NCBI RefSeq assembly: GCF_003704095.1
Contig: NW_020847757.1
Span: 186,001 to 250,000 of the forward strand
Source of the DNA: Pocillopora damicornis
Lineage: Eukaryota
Reading direction: 5' to 3'
DNA length: 64,000 nucleotides
Both the position numbers and the translations under genes were made by a program. The first letter of the stretch is position 1. Every line of letters begins with the position of its first letter. Below the pieces are notes generated by a model that saw only the letters and a list, made by a program, of their open reading frames with translations, made no database searches and was not told where the DNA came from. Of the stretch, positions 33,401 to 60,400 are shown in pieces.

Positions 33401-36228
33401 GGAAGCACTTGTTTTACTACAAATAAAAAGGAATACTTTTAATCACTTGTGTGCTAAGCATTGGCAGACTAAAATTACAACTTAAGTAATAAAAAATCAG
33501 GATAGATTGACAATCAATTGAACAAAACTAGGGCATCTGCTGAACTAGAAATAAACACTGGCTTCCTGTGAGATATATACTAACCTTCTAGATGCACCCC
33601 TTATGACCCCAGAGCAGTTGTGATCTTGTTCATGTCTGTGTTTCAGACAAAAGTTTTGCCGACAAGATTCGCACCTAACAGGGATAAGCTGAAATAGTGA
33701 AAGGAAAGAGGATAAGTTATTAGTCTTGTGAGCCTTGTGGTCAATTACTATAAGAATTGATAATGATTACATCTAGAAAGATACCTAATGTCACTTCATG
33801 CAAGAAAGAGCTTTAGCAGCAACTGAAGTTAAACTTTGCAATGCAGGCAACTTCCTCCCTAAGCAACCCTCCTCCTAAGGGCTTCTCTAGCTTGAATTGT
33901 CAGCTTGCATGACTGACTAATAATGACAAAACTCCCAGACACCTTTTTTGGAATATCTACTGTCTCCCCTTCAACTTTTAATGTTAGTCTTCAAGATGGC
34001 ATAGACAGACTGGGACTTAAAAAAATTAAAAGGGACAGAGAGGTGAAGGAACATCACAGATGTTGCTCTGGAAAAGTGTCTAGTAACCTAATTATGTCTA
34101 GGAATGCAGGTTCAAACCAATTAATGCAATTAATAGTGAATATGTATAAATATCTATTGGTATAATTATAGTGTACATTACAATTGTTTGTAAACAGACC
34201 TCTTTTTGTTTACATCCTTTGAGAGAACACCTATTCTGGTATGCCTATGGTGATACAAAAAAGGGAAATTCAAAATCCTATATTCAAAATGTGGTACCGT
34301 ATATTTTCTTTTCATGTTAGAGACTGCATGATTACTTGGCTGACCTGAATTTTTCTTGCAAAGATCAGCTTACAGTCTGTGACACAGATTGATAATTGCA
34401 GTGACATTGAGTGAACTTTTTTTCAATCCCTGCTCAGCAACAGCCAATGACATTGTCATTTACTTTTAAAACCCTTTCACTCCCAAGATCTCATTTGTAA
34501 TTCTCCCTGCTATCTGCTACACAAATTCTTATTAGCATGTCAGTTTGGAGAATTTGATATGGGATCAATTGATAATCCTCTAATTGATAATTTTCTTTCT
34601 CCACTTTAACTGTCTGCTTGATATGGTCTTGATGTTGTGAGGAAAAATTCTGTCTTGGCCACTTATGAGAGTTCAGAGTTAAGTATAAAGTAAAGAATTC
34701 CTTTGATAACAAACAGTAAGACAGATATTAGAGAGAGATTCAAAATTAATCAAGTGAACAAAGTGATACCAAGTGCACTAATAGTGTGAGTGAGAAAAGG
34801 CCATATCTCTAGTAAACGCAACAAAGTTTATGAAATTCAGTGATGTGTCTAATAAAAAAAGAACAACAATTTTAAATAACCTTTCTTTTAGCCACTGCTG
34901 GGTCAGACTGACAATCTCTGTCAATATGTTCTCCAACCTATGGAATAAAATATTTCACAAAAATGAATCAAATTGTTAAAATCCAAGTTTTCCTCTAAAC
35001 ATCCAAAAAAAGATGCAGCATAGTTTTCCTATAGATAACCATGATTAAATTTAAATCTATCATTTGAAAGGAAATCAAATTTGGAAAAAAAAAAATACAA
35101 CTGCATCACCTTTATGTCAGGTTGTTCCCCTCTAGGGACTGGTACTGCTTTGTTACATAATGGACAAACTGGAACTTGAAAGTCCTAATGAAGACAAAAA
35201 TTAAGAAACAAGTCCACATTTATCCTTTACCTTTAGCAGCACAAAACAATTAATGAGACTCTCTAGATAGCTAGTTTAACCACGATGGGGGTTACCTTTC
35301 ATTTCATCAAAGAACACCTTGCCAATTTGCCGAAACTCCTCCGTCAACTCTTAGACTACTTATTTAGATTATCCCACTTGTCATAGAGAAGTTTCCAGGA
35401 GTTTGGCAAGTTAACCCTAGTGGTGGCAAATTGAGTGAAGACATCGGTGAGTTGGTTTTTGGCAAGTTGACAAGTTAGTAGCCTGACCAGTATCAATCAC
35501 AGGTCACACCTCACTGGCAGATGTAGAGGGGAAGGGAGGGGAGGGGAGGGGAGGGGAGATCCATGTCATTAAAAACATATTGACTCTCCTTACACTATCT
35601 TGTGATAGATTTTCTATTTTCGACTGATCAATTCTTACTGAAAAAGGTAAAGAAAATGAAAAATAAAAGTAAAGAAAAGTGTAAGAGAGTACACAAAGTA
35701 ATAAAAAATGTAAGGAATAGGTTATACTGTTGCATTTACCTTTTTGTAGGCATTTTCACAACTGTGTTCTGTATACTTGATATGATCCTTACTATAAACC
35801 AGGAAACAAATAAATTATTTTTGTCACTTACTAGTGCTTTAGAAAGTGATGGAACGTCAGTAAATAAAAATAATCGTTGAATAGTCTTACCAAAACAACT
35901 TGGAACAAGCATCACATTTCATGGGAAGGAAATCTACAGAAAGTCAATTTTAGGAAAATCATCACTTAAGTTTTCTCCATTTGGAAAGGAAAAAGCTTTT
36001 TCCTCACGAAGTTTATGTCTTAGGTCGGAGGCATTTGGTGAAAATAAAGGAAGTTAAATAACGAAAATTTCTGCGAAGTCATTTCATATTGACAAACCTT
36101 TTCTCGGTGGAGTTAAATACCACAGTAATCAACGAAAAAAAAATATCTCTCAAAGACTTCAGACAAAACTCACCTAACTGTTTACAGGTATTCAGGGTGC
36201 AGTTTGCTCCTAATTCGGGAAATTCCAT
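30472..36228 (-). CDS. ZFAND2B: AN1-type zinc finger protein 2 (AIRAPL/ZFAND2B-like: AN1 fingers, UBZ, two UIMs, CaaX)
   Basis: 12 exons: 36228-36174, 35933-35891, 35791-35740, 35184-35110, 34937-34881, 34244-34200, 33688-33585, 33416-33390, 33211-33110, 32495-32435, 31540-31376 and 30507-30472. Motifs: MEFPELG..C...CKQLDFLPMKCDAC..FCKDH, QVPVCPLCN..VPV.RGE.PD.KVGEHIDRDC, NFCLKHRH..DH.C, UIMs SEDEALALAIQASL and EEEDRALARALAESE, C-terminal CRVT. Confidence 0.93.
30979..31192 (+). mobile_element. TTAA MITE, family A, inserted in a tRNA-like repeat
   Basis: ttaaccctttaactccca...tgggagtaaaagggtt. The left flank is a decayed tRNA-like head (gctcagttggtag...ttgaatcctg). Confidence 0.8.
31886..32095 (+). 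mobile_element. TTAA MITE, family B
   Basis: TTAA-CCCTTTACACCCTAA...TTAGGGGTAAAGGG-TTAA. Confidence 0.88.
34467..34682 (+). mobile_element. TTAA MITE, family A (degenerate)
   Basis: accctttcactcccaagatctc...cacttatgagagttcagagttaa; homologous to 22591. Confidence 0.75.
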
Positions 36229-36376
36229 GTTCATTAACTAATTATTAGGGACCGAAGTATGATTCATAAGTGATTCGCCTTAGTTTAAATTTAGTACTTT
36301 ATATAAACTAAAATATTTTGTAACCAGGCCTAAAGTCCCAAAATGCACTCTGAAATGCGCGATATTGCTTAAAAAC
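36229..36376. promoter_or_regulatory. Bidirectional promoter ZFAND2B/unnamed PPR-like gene
   Basis: Only 148 bp separate the divergent ATGs. A YY1-like AACATGGCGGC overlaps the + strand start. Confidence 0.6.
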
Positions 36377-38289
36377 ATGGCGGCGAACGTGGTGGGGAGA
36401 GTATCACCAACTTGTTGTAGACTATTTTTGGTCCCAGTTTCGAGAAAGATAGCAAAACCACCTAGCTTTGGTAAGTTTAATATTTAAGCAGTATTTCTGT
36501 TCTAGTATTTTGCCAAATTTGGCATGAATTACACTTATTTTTGTTTGATTTTGTTCGTTGATCCAGTCGCCCGGCGATTTTCATCTAGTCTTAAAGCAAA
36601 TCTCAGACCGGTGTGTGTTCCTCAACAACATTACTTCAGACGATTTGGTGCAACGTTTACGGGTCATGGAGAACATGGCTCGCCTGTAGCTGACGAAGAA
36701 TTACAGAAGTGGTTAGAAGAGGCAAAAAACAAAAGTTGGCTATGGAGATATTTTCACGACGTTGACGAAATCGAGAGAAGCGTTAGTATTTGATCTTTTG
36801 ATGTAGCTCTTTTTTAAGTGTAATTTAACCTTGAGGATTTTGCCCTCAAAAGATCGGAATTATTTCCAGTATTTCGTGTGATGAAAAAGTTGTAGCCTCT
36901 GAAACTATAACAAATTTTGAAGTGCATGCTGTGTAACATATTAAGAAACCAGTCATTTAATTGATATTCGTAAGCTTTTACGACCCAACATGCTGTTTAT
37001 TAGAAAAATAATTTCAAAACAAATTCTTGCACGAAGGCTGCATGCAATGGTGCAATTAGAAACAGGTAGAGCTGAAGGGCCCAGCTTACAGCCCCTTGAT
37101 ACCTAGCGAAAGATAAACAGAGATAGTGGTGGCCGTATGATAATGTGCTTATCTACACTATTGGGACATCTTGACCATAAGTAACTCGTTTTCCTCTCTG
37201 AAACTTCCACTCTGTCAAGAAGTACATATTATATCACTTGAAAAAAAAAACTGCCTTAGGGGACAACTGAGGGTTGTTTAAATTATTTAATTTAAACAAA
37301 GGTCTTTAGCTCCAAATAACTGAATTCAAATTTGTTATTTCCAGCTTATGTCTGAACAAGAGTACAATGATCGGGAAAAAATGGTTGAAAAGGTAGTTCT
37401 ACTTTGCTTTGATAATCTGCTTTGTCAATGTCAGGGGAAAAAGCTTGGCTTTATTGATTTGTGAGTTCACAGTTATTTCACTGTTTTAAATTAACTTCTG
37501 CTCACCATTGTGTTATGTATGATTTTCGATAAATTTTTTTTGCATTATATATAGTTAATGGATAGATACTTTGACAAGCCAGATGCAAAGTTTGATCTAG
37601 ATATTTTCGAGGAGTCGATTGATCTGCTTATCAAGTACAATGACAGAGATGGTGTGACAACATTTTGGAGACTAATGGAAGAGATGAATGTTGAACCTCC
37701 TGAAGAGCTCAGAGAGAAGGTTTCTCTTTTTTTTTTTTTTTTTTTTTAATAAGCAGCATACTGAATTGCAAAGCAATACTCCCTTTTAGGGGGGTCCAGA
37801 GGCAAGCTCTCTTGTTGAAATTTAAAACTCTCTGAAAATGATATCCAGCATTGTGGGACATATTTTGAGTCACTTTTTTTTAACCAAAAAATGATTTTAG
37901 AATCAGTTGGTTGTATTTGATCACAATTCACAAAGTAGCCAGCATAAAATGGTCTGTCTGGGTTTCCATAATGCACCAGCCTCTAATGACAATTCTGGAA
38001 GTGTGCTCGAGATTGATTATGTATCATGATTATCCAGATTAAGGATTGTTGCAAAAAGGACTTTGATTGGTGACAATGGCTCGTGTTTGGCTCCATAAAA
38101 TTAAGAATAAAATATTTGTAACTTCCCAAAAAGCCTCAAAAAGCAGATTTTGTAAATTTTACCACTTAGATGAAATCTCCTGGTAGGTGCAATGATGAGA
38201 AGACCAATAACATTTTGTATGATTTGGATTTCTCTCCTCAGGTTGAAACTTTCCTTGTGAAAGCAAGAGAGGCTTCATGGTATGAGTAG
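36377..38289 (+). CDS. Uncharacterised 189-aa probable mitochondrial protein with a PPR-like repeat
   Basis: Exons 36377-36470, 36567-36781, 37345-37392, 37555-37719 and 38242-38289 are all GT-AG and frame-compatible. The start context is AAACATGGCG. The first ~65 aa are Arg-rich and acid-free. DLDIFEESIDLLIKYNDRDGVTTFWRLMEEMNVEP is a 35-aa PPR-like unit. Confidence 0.8.
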
Positions 38290-39402
38290 AACACTGCAGG
38301 AAATTGAGATTCTCAAACCCTTCAATAAAGTTGAAGTCTGCTAAGATGAAAATTTTGCAACGGAATGGTTTACCATGTTGGTTTGGTTTTAGAGCTGGCT
38401 TGATTGTTAGATTGGTGGTAGTCTTGTCAAACACAGTCAAATCACCTGGTACAGTCTTACATTTTGATCTTGTGAATTTGTCTTCTCCCTCCTTATTGTG
38501 AAAGATTAATCAATCAAGGTGTATTCCTTCAAATCTTGTCCAAATTTGAATTGTAAATTCACTGAAAATTCTGATAATTTGACATCCACTTTTTTGACTA
38601 GTTGTAATGACCAATAATCTTTTTGACTAAACAATTTTGTACATACACAGTTTGCCAACTTAACTGCACAATATTGAAAGAAGAAATAAACTTGGAGCAG
38701 GGCTCGAGATCCCCTACAGTATTTCAATCTGTACCAGATGATTTGATTCCAATCTAAGTGTGTGAAAACAAGGCTAAGTTTAAAATGAGGATGTTATTTT
38801 ATAAACTGTGCATTGAAAATAAACAGTGATATTTTAAGAGGTTGCGTATGTCATTCACTTTTCTTTGTGTTCATTTTCATTCTTGTAACAATCAAAGCTC
38901 TCTTAATGAGCACTACCCATAAATTCTCCTGTTTCTGAAATTTTGTTACAAACTGTATTTCAAATTCAAGATTTAAGCCTGCTCCAGAAGAGAGTTTTTT
39001 ATTTCTTGTGGTACCCTTCCCAAAATTTTCCATTATATTAGGAGTGCCAGTTAAATGCTCCGCCTGAGCATAGACCCCTTCTCTGTTGATGCATAGGAGG
39101 CAACAAGCCACATCAATTTTGGTTCTGTTTCCACTGCTTCTTATACAAGTTTCTGAAACATACTCCTTTTTGTTGTCATTTATCTGGATTCTAATCAGTT
39201 TAGAATTAAGAAACTTGTCTGGGGACTAAATTGTTTAAGGGTAAAAAACAAAGTACTTTTATTTCAGTTAGGCTTAAATTTATTTCAATTCATTACAATT
39301 TTGCCTAATATTACAAAAATATTGCCAAACCACTATTCTCACATACAGGAAAAAAAAATACAATTTACTTCATTGGAAGTGTTGATTTAGATTTTGCAGC
39401 CT

Positions 39403-39605
39403 TTAACCCTTTAACTCCCACAAGTGACCAAGAGAGAATTTCTCCTCACAATATCAGTACAATATCAACCAGATAAGCAATGAGAATAAAGAAACTTAAT
39501 TGGGATAATTAGTTGATCCAATACTAAATTCTCTGAACTAACATAAGAATGTTACTGTTGACAGTAAGGAGAATTACGAATTTGATCTGGGAGTTAAAAG
39601 GTTAA
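39403..39605 (-). mobile_element. TTAA MITE, family A (reverse orientation)
   Basis: ttaaccctttaactccca...tgggagttaaaaggttaa; the interior is the reverse complement of 30979-31192. Confidence 0.85.
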
Positions 39606-41171
39606 CAATGATGTCCTGTACCAATTACTAAAGAGTAACATGCCACTTCATTTCCCTTGGAATACAACTTCAGCTTGGTAATCTTGAAGATAGAGAAATG
39701 ACTTGTTTGGTACCAAGTATAACTTTTTCTTTTAAAATAAGTCCTTCTATAACTCTTAGAATTTGATATTTTATCCTATGTCAAATGAATGTTTTTTAAT
39801 TGAATTAAGTACAACTCGCAACACTTTGGAAGCAAATTGATGTACTCACATCCTTGTAACCTGGCAAGCAAAGTCTTCTAGAATCGTCCTAGTTCTTAGA
39901 CTTCCCCTTGCATTCTTCAATTTTTTTACACCTCAGTTTAGGAGATCAATGAAGACTCTGCCCACAGCCAACTTGACTAAAAATGTTGAAAAAATTTTCC
40001 TACATGATCACCACCTTTGAAAATTGACATGAACCTTCCTAAACTGTGATTAAAACAGTCTTTCTTAACATAACATTTCTAAGAATAAAAGTCACATCAA
40101 GTGGTCCAGTCAAATAATGCTCCATGGTAGGCTGAAAAAGGGGATAAGTTCCAGGAGAAACCAAAGTGCTACCCTGGTGTACTACTGGAAACTGGGTTTG
40201 ATCAACTGAGTTGATTATGTAACTTAGCTATTGTTAAGAGTACCTAAAGCTGGCATTTTGAGTGTTGGCCCTGCGTCAGAGCAAGAAAAAGCAAAATGAA
40301 TGATGTCTCAGCTTAATGCTTAAGTGAAAATTGTTCTATACATCCTACTTGATTAATGAAAACAATGCTTTAAATTTTCCCCTTCTCGTTCTTAAAGACA
40401 ATTTTTCCCGGTTAGATTTTTAGAGGTACTCTTTTGATTAAAAGAGAAACCAGAAAGAAACTTGCTTTCCTGGAAAACAAACTACTCGTATATTCCTTTT
40501 TTTTAATCTCAAACAAGGACAAAAGTAAAAAAGATGTACGAATGACAAGATATGATTGGCAGTAAGTTACATAAAGTTAGGGGATGTTTTGTGGTTATTT
40601 AATAAACTAAGCAAATTTGCCTATTTAACAAACACTACATAACATCGCAGTTGATTCTTTGAGGAGAGCGAATGAATATGCAAGGGGTATTGGTAGCATG
40701 TACGACTTCTATTAACAATAATTAATTCTTGAAAGTTTTTACATTAATATAAGGAATTGTAAGTCGTAGATGCAGATGCAAATGAACTAACTCTTTCTAC
40801 ACTGAATAAGAAAGAGGATTTATTTTGAGCTCAAATAGTGGAATAAAGAAAGGCGTTATTTGTCTCGTCACAAGAATGGGACAAACAAAAATCTGAGTCC
40901 AAAGCAGGAATTATATTCCAAGACCACCACATTCCCTGCTTAGTTGCTAACACTGAGCTGCAAAGCTCTATGTTATGAGATGGCCCATTACTAAATTCAT
41001 ATGTTCAATCCAGAGTTCTGTGGAATGATTAGCTGAACAAAATGAGATTCTTTTGTCCTATGCACATGATAAAACAAGCAACATCTTTCCTTAACTTCTA
41101 AGTAACTTTTTATACCATTCCACGACAGATATAAACCCAATACTAACAGTAACTTAGTGGTTTTACACCTC

Positions 41172-52549
<11,378 letters not shown>

Positions 52550-52730
52550 GCTCTGTCTGTTAACTACTCATCTCAGACGTGAAAACCGGCAAGAGGGATA
52601 AAATCAACTACAAGGTGGCACGAAACGAACTTGTACTTGTTTTCTCCAGGCATGTAACCAGGCCTTTCTCCGACGAAAGCGAAACGTGGTTCCTCAGCTC
52701 CAGACAACAACAACGTCCTATCGCGTAAAA
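52550..52730. promoter_or_regulatory. Bidirectional promoter CLCN3/YIPF5
   Basis: 181 bp separate the divergent ATGs, within a CpG-rich island spanning both first exons. Confidence 0.6.
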
Positions 52731-55827
<3,097 letters not shown>

Positions 55828-55871
55828 TAAGTGTTTCTTGAATGTTATACTTTTCTTTAAGATACAGTATG

Positions 55872-55971
55872 NNNNNNNNNNNNNNNNNNNNNNNNNNNNN
55901 NNNNNNNNNNNNNNNNNNNNNNNNNNNNNNNNNNNNNNNNNNNNNNNNNNNNNNNNNNNNNNNNNNNNNNN
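55872..55971. other. Assembly gap (100 N)
   Basis: Run of 100 N, a typical unknown-size placeholder, lying inside the last identified YIPF5 intron. Confidence 0.99.
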
Positions 55972-56529
55972 ATTCTTTCTGCCAACAAACCTAAGAGGAG
56001 GCGTGCGGCATTCACTTGATCTTTTCATGTTTCGTACATTTTAGCAGGATAAAAATCAAACAATGTAGCAGACAAATATACCCCGTCCACAAAGATTTTT
56101 GTTGGGAAAAAGCAGTCACTGTTATCAATAGCTAGAAAAGATTGGCTAGGTTATATAACTTTGAAATAAGGAGTTTGCCATTGGTTTGCTCTCTTTCTAA
56201 CATAGTTATACCTGATAAAGAGAGACTTAAAACAGTGGACAAAAGATACAAGGGAGAAAGGAGTTCTCTTGCAGTACAGTGTATTGTGTATACTGAAAAA
56301 TTTGCGAAGGTTTCTTTCTGCGCGGACTATCCGCAAAAATTGAAACCTGCAGAATTTTCACAGAACATAGCTAGTGTATTTCTTTACTAAATAACTCAGT
56401 TATTAAAAAGTTAATTCTCGTGATTTGATTCGCGTTGTAAAAAGGATGTTGTGAATAAAAGATTACATTATTATCAAGTGCATGGTTTTTTTTTCCAATT
56501 TTGCGCGAATTCCTCCAAAGTCACACTCT

Positions 56530-56912
56530 GCCGTCTGAAATGGGTTGGAATGTTCGAAATCAGACGGAATCGTCTAAAATCGGATGGATCCGTCCAATAT
56601 CGGACATAACCGTCTGTGATCGGACGGATCGATCCAAAATTAGACGCATCGACGTAAGGCGGATGAAACCATCCGAAATCAGGAAAACCAGTTGAAAACG
56701 GTGCCCTTTAAAAGGTCTTTAAGAAAGGACGGAAAAGTCTAAGAACGGTCGCATTCGTAGATCCAATCGTCTAGAAATCAGACAGGAAAAATCAACTGAA
56801 AAGACGAAACCATTTCAAATCGGTCACAATAGCCGAAAGTCGTCGTGTATCGAAACCGTTCGAAAATTGACGAAAACGTCTAAAATCGAACCAGATCAGC
56901 CTAAGATCGTCG
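56530..56912. repeat. Degenerate array of ~19-20-bp palindromic units
   Basis: Units such as tcgtctaaaatcggatggat, ccgtccaatatcggacataa and ccgtctgtgatcggacggat; consensus about CCGTCY-AAAT-CGGACGG-AW. Confidence 0.7.
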
Positions 56913-57460
56913 TCATCATCATCAAAAGAAACTTTAGCAGTCAGGACGGCAACGCCAAAGTAGAATTTGATTGAAAATAAATTTATGCTTTTGGTTGTAA
57001 TTTCGCAAATGGCTTGAAGTGTTTATCGTCTCTAACAGTGCCGCACCTCAACTTTAGCATAACCTAAGGGAGTTCCAAATGGAAAATTAAAGAGTTTTCC
57101 GTCGGGGTTTCTCATCGCAGACCACGCAAATTTTGCGATTTCACCTTGTTGTTTTGCAGAGCACGGCTAACAAATGCACAAACTCGTGCTTAGCTTTTGT
57201 CCAGCTCACCAGATCTTTTATTCTGTCACGTCCTCGTGTTCGTAGCCGCCCTTATTTCCTTGTGTCCGTTCTCATTGCTCTGCTTAGAAAGCTGGGTGCT
57301 AGTTACCAAGACCTCAAGACCTCTTGGGAAAGAGGAACCGCTAAGCATCCTCGCCATGTTTTTAATAAAATAATTTCGTATTTTTTTGAACACGGTTCAT
57401 TGATCGCGTGCCTATGCATGTCCATTCATCGTAATCTTTACGAATAGTTTGAGTTAGGAC

Positions 57461-60400
57461 ATGAATCTTCGTCGTCTTTTCCAAGATTTTAATCCAAGGT
57501 AATTATGAATAAAAAGCCCTTCGTGTGTAAGAGAAATGTGTGATGGATATCAAACATTCGTGATCAATTTTTCCTCTCATTTTTTTCTTCCAGTAAATTT
57601 CTACTGTTCTTTACACTCTTCATCTTTTCGATCTTGCTCGCGTTGCGTTTGGATGGAACTATCACGTGGAGTTACTGGGCGGTTTTCACTCCTGTTTGGA
57701 TTTGGAAAATCATGGTTTTATCAGGTGCTTTCACTGGAATTTACATTTGGATTCGACATCCGGAGTACAGGTAATAAATTTAAATAAGTTTTGGTTACTC
57801 ATGGGACTTAAAAGAGTTAAAACTCAACGCTTCTTAGGTTTGCTATCATTTCATTCATTCTCGTGATCTTGCTGACTGATTTAGCAGAATTACTGAAAGG
57901 AGAAATTAGATGCTGGTCACTCTAAGGGTTTGAAGTGTTAAGCCAACAAGAATTGCTTTCAGCTGAATATCATAACATTAATCTCCTTTCCATCTTCGCA
58001 GAGGTGAAGGAGATAGTCATGTGGATTTCAAGGCAATGATTATCTGCCTTGCTTTGCATCTTCTCTTGCTGATGTTTGAGATATTTGTATGCATTAATCT
58101 TGGTGGTGGTCAAATGTTTCCATGGAGACTCATGTTTATGCCTTTGTATGTGCTATCATCATTGTCAATCATCGCTTGTATCTGGGGATTCAGACATGAC
58201 AGATCAGTAGAGGTTTGTAATCATAAGATAAGCCAATTATCAAGAGTGGTGTCCATTAATGGTCAAGAGACACTTTGTGTGTGGTTTTAATACCTCAATA
58301 CTAATCAATCACAGATGAGATGAGTTACTCGCAAACAGCTTCTTTCTTTTTGAAAGCAATAAAGATTTATTGGGGGGTTAATACCTGTTGTAAAAGGTGA
58401 CATTTTGAGCATCAACTTTCATCAGAGTAATTTGTTCCAGGGAAAGGCCAATGTTCTAAATTTCACCTTCTCATATTGGTGACAGCTTTTTATCAAACTT
58501 TATCAGTTCTCAAAGGTAAGGTATAAAGTTCAAAATGTCAGCTTTAGAAACTCTTTACAGTGGGCAATTAACCCTTTAACTCCCAAGATCTCATGAGTAA
58601 TTCTCCTTACTGTCTGCAATATAGTTCTTGTGATGTTAGTTTGGAGAATTTGGTATTGGATCAACTAATAATCCCCAAATTAAGATTTTTTTCTTTATTC
58701 TCATCACTTGTCTGCTTGCCATTGTATTTATATTGTAAGGAGAAATTCTGTCTTGGTCACTCATGGGAGTTAAAGGGTTAACATCATCAACTCAGTTGAT
58801 AATTAACCAAGTTATCTTGGGATACCCCCACTGACACAGCACCTTGATTTTTTTTTTTTAACTTACTAGGACTGATAATCTGTTGTTTTTGGTTCTGTTG
58901 GTTCTGGTGTGGCTTGAACTGAGTGATTTTCTTTTCCCTTCTTTTATGCAGCTTGAAACAGTGTTCTCAGTAAATGTTCTGCAGTTTATCTTCCTTTCCC
59001 TACGCCTGGACAGAGTTATCCTATGGTCATGGGTGGTGAGTGTGAATTGACTTCTAAGTGGTATGGAAATTTCAAGAGTCAGAGTTTTCGTCAACAGATT
59101 GGCAATTTTCTTTTGTATTTTCAGGGAAAAATTCTTTTTGCAGTTTGAGAGGACTAAGATTTCTGCTGTGAACCAACTTTTGCAATGTTCTTAACTTCTA
59201 GCAACACATCATTAACAAGAAAAGAAACCAAAGATTCTCAAATTTACTAAACATAACCTGGTATTAAGAATTTGTTTTGCAATCAAGAGATTTTCTTGTT
59301 GGTGATCATTTCCTTTATTCTTATATCTTAATGTGTGATTCAGGAGTGAAATTGTAAGGAGAAATTAGAAACTGGTCACTCTTTAAGGTTGAAAGGGTTA
59401 AGGAATTGCCAAGAGTGACATTAAGTATGCTAAGGGGATTCCTGTTTTAATTTGTTTTGCAGGTTGTGTTTGTTCCTATGTGGATAGTGCTGTCCTTACT
59501 TTGTCTTCTAGTGTTGTATTATGTTATATGGTCTATAATATTTGTCAGGACAGCAGAAGTTCTTCCAGCACAGCGTCGAGGCCATGTCATGGTGGCTGTA
59601 GCTTCTGTTCTCCTTGTCATTCCACTTCTAACATTTCAGGTATGTTATTTTACAGGGCAGTCATCTAACTCGCAACTTGAGTAAGGAGGATTTGCCTTAA
59701 CCCTTTATACACTGTTATCAGTAAAGGTTTTCTCCATACTGTTCCCCATACATTCCCTAAGGTACTGACAAGGAGAATTTGTGTGACAATCAGCAACTTC
59801 TTTTGCTGCTGATAATTTTTCTTTATTCTCATGACTTTACTGCATGATTCAGGGGTGATATTGTGAGGGGATATTAGATGTTAGTCACTCTTCGAGGTTA
59901 GAGAGTTAAGGGGATGCGAGTGTCAGCTGATATGTAAGAATTAGACCATATATTATGGAGACAAAAAAAGGCTATTTCTAAACTTGTCACATACAGGTTC
60001 TTCCATTTCCAAAGGGAAAAAAACTTTTACATGTCTCTGTAAATAGTTTCCATTTTCTCTATATTTCTCTCAAGAAATCCAATTTTTAATGCAGTTGAGA
60101 ATCTCAGAAAACGGTTTTATGAAAATATTGTTTGTAAAGAGAGTTGGATGTGGATTTTGTAATTTTGCTTCAGATCATCCTCTGTAACAGACTTGATGGC
60201 ATTACACAAGACATGTTTGTTGGAGTCGTTGCTCCCCTTCAAATCTCTCTTCTGAGTCTACTGGCCACTTCCTTTTATCACAAAGGAGGCAACCACTGTA
60301 AGTTGATTCAACTAATCAAAAGAGTCGGGAAATCTCTGAGTGAATGGTTTTGGGGTCTCATCATTGTGGTTTTCCTTTGACTCTTTTGCTCCCAGGTTTG

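Noticed and set aside
56530-56912. CRISPR-like array interpretation of the palindromic repeats
   Set aside because: The units are contiguous and degenerate with no unique spacers, there are no cas genes, and the context is eukaryotic.
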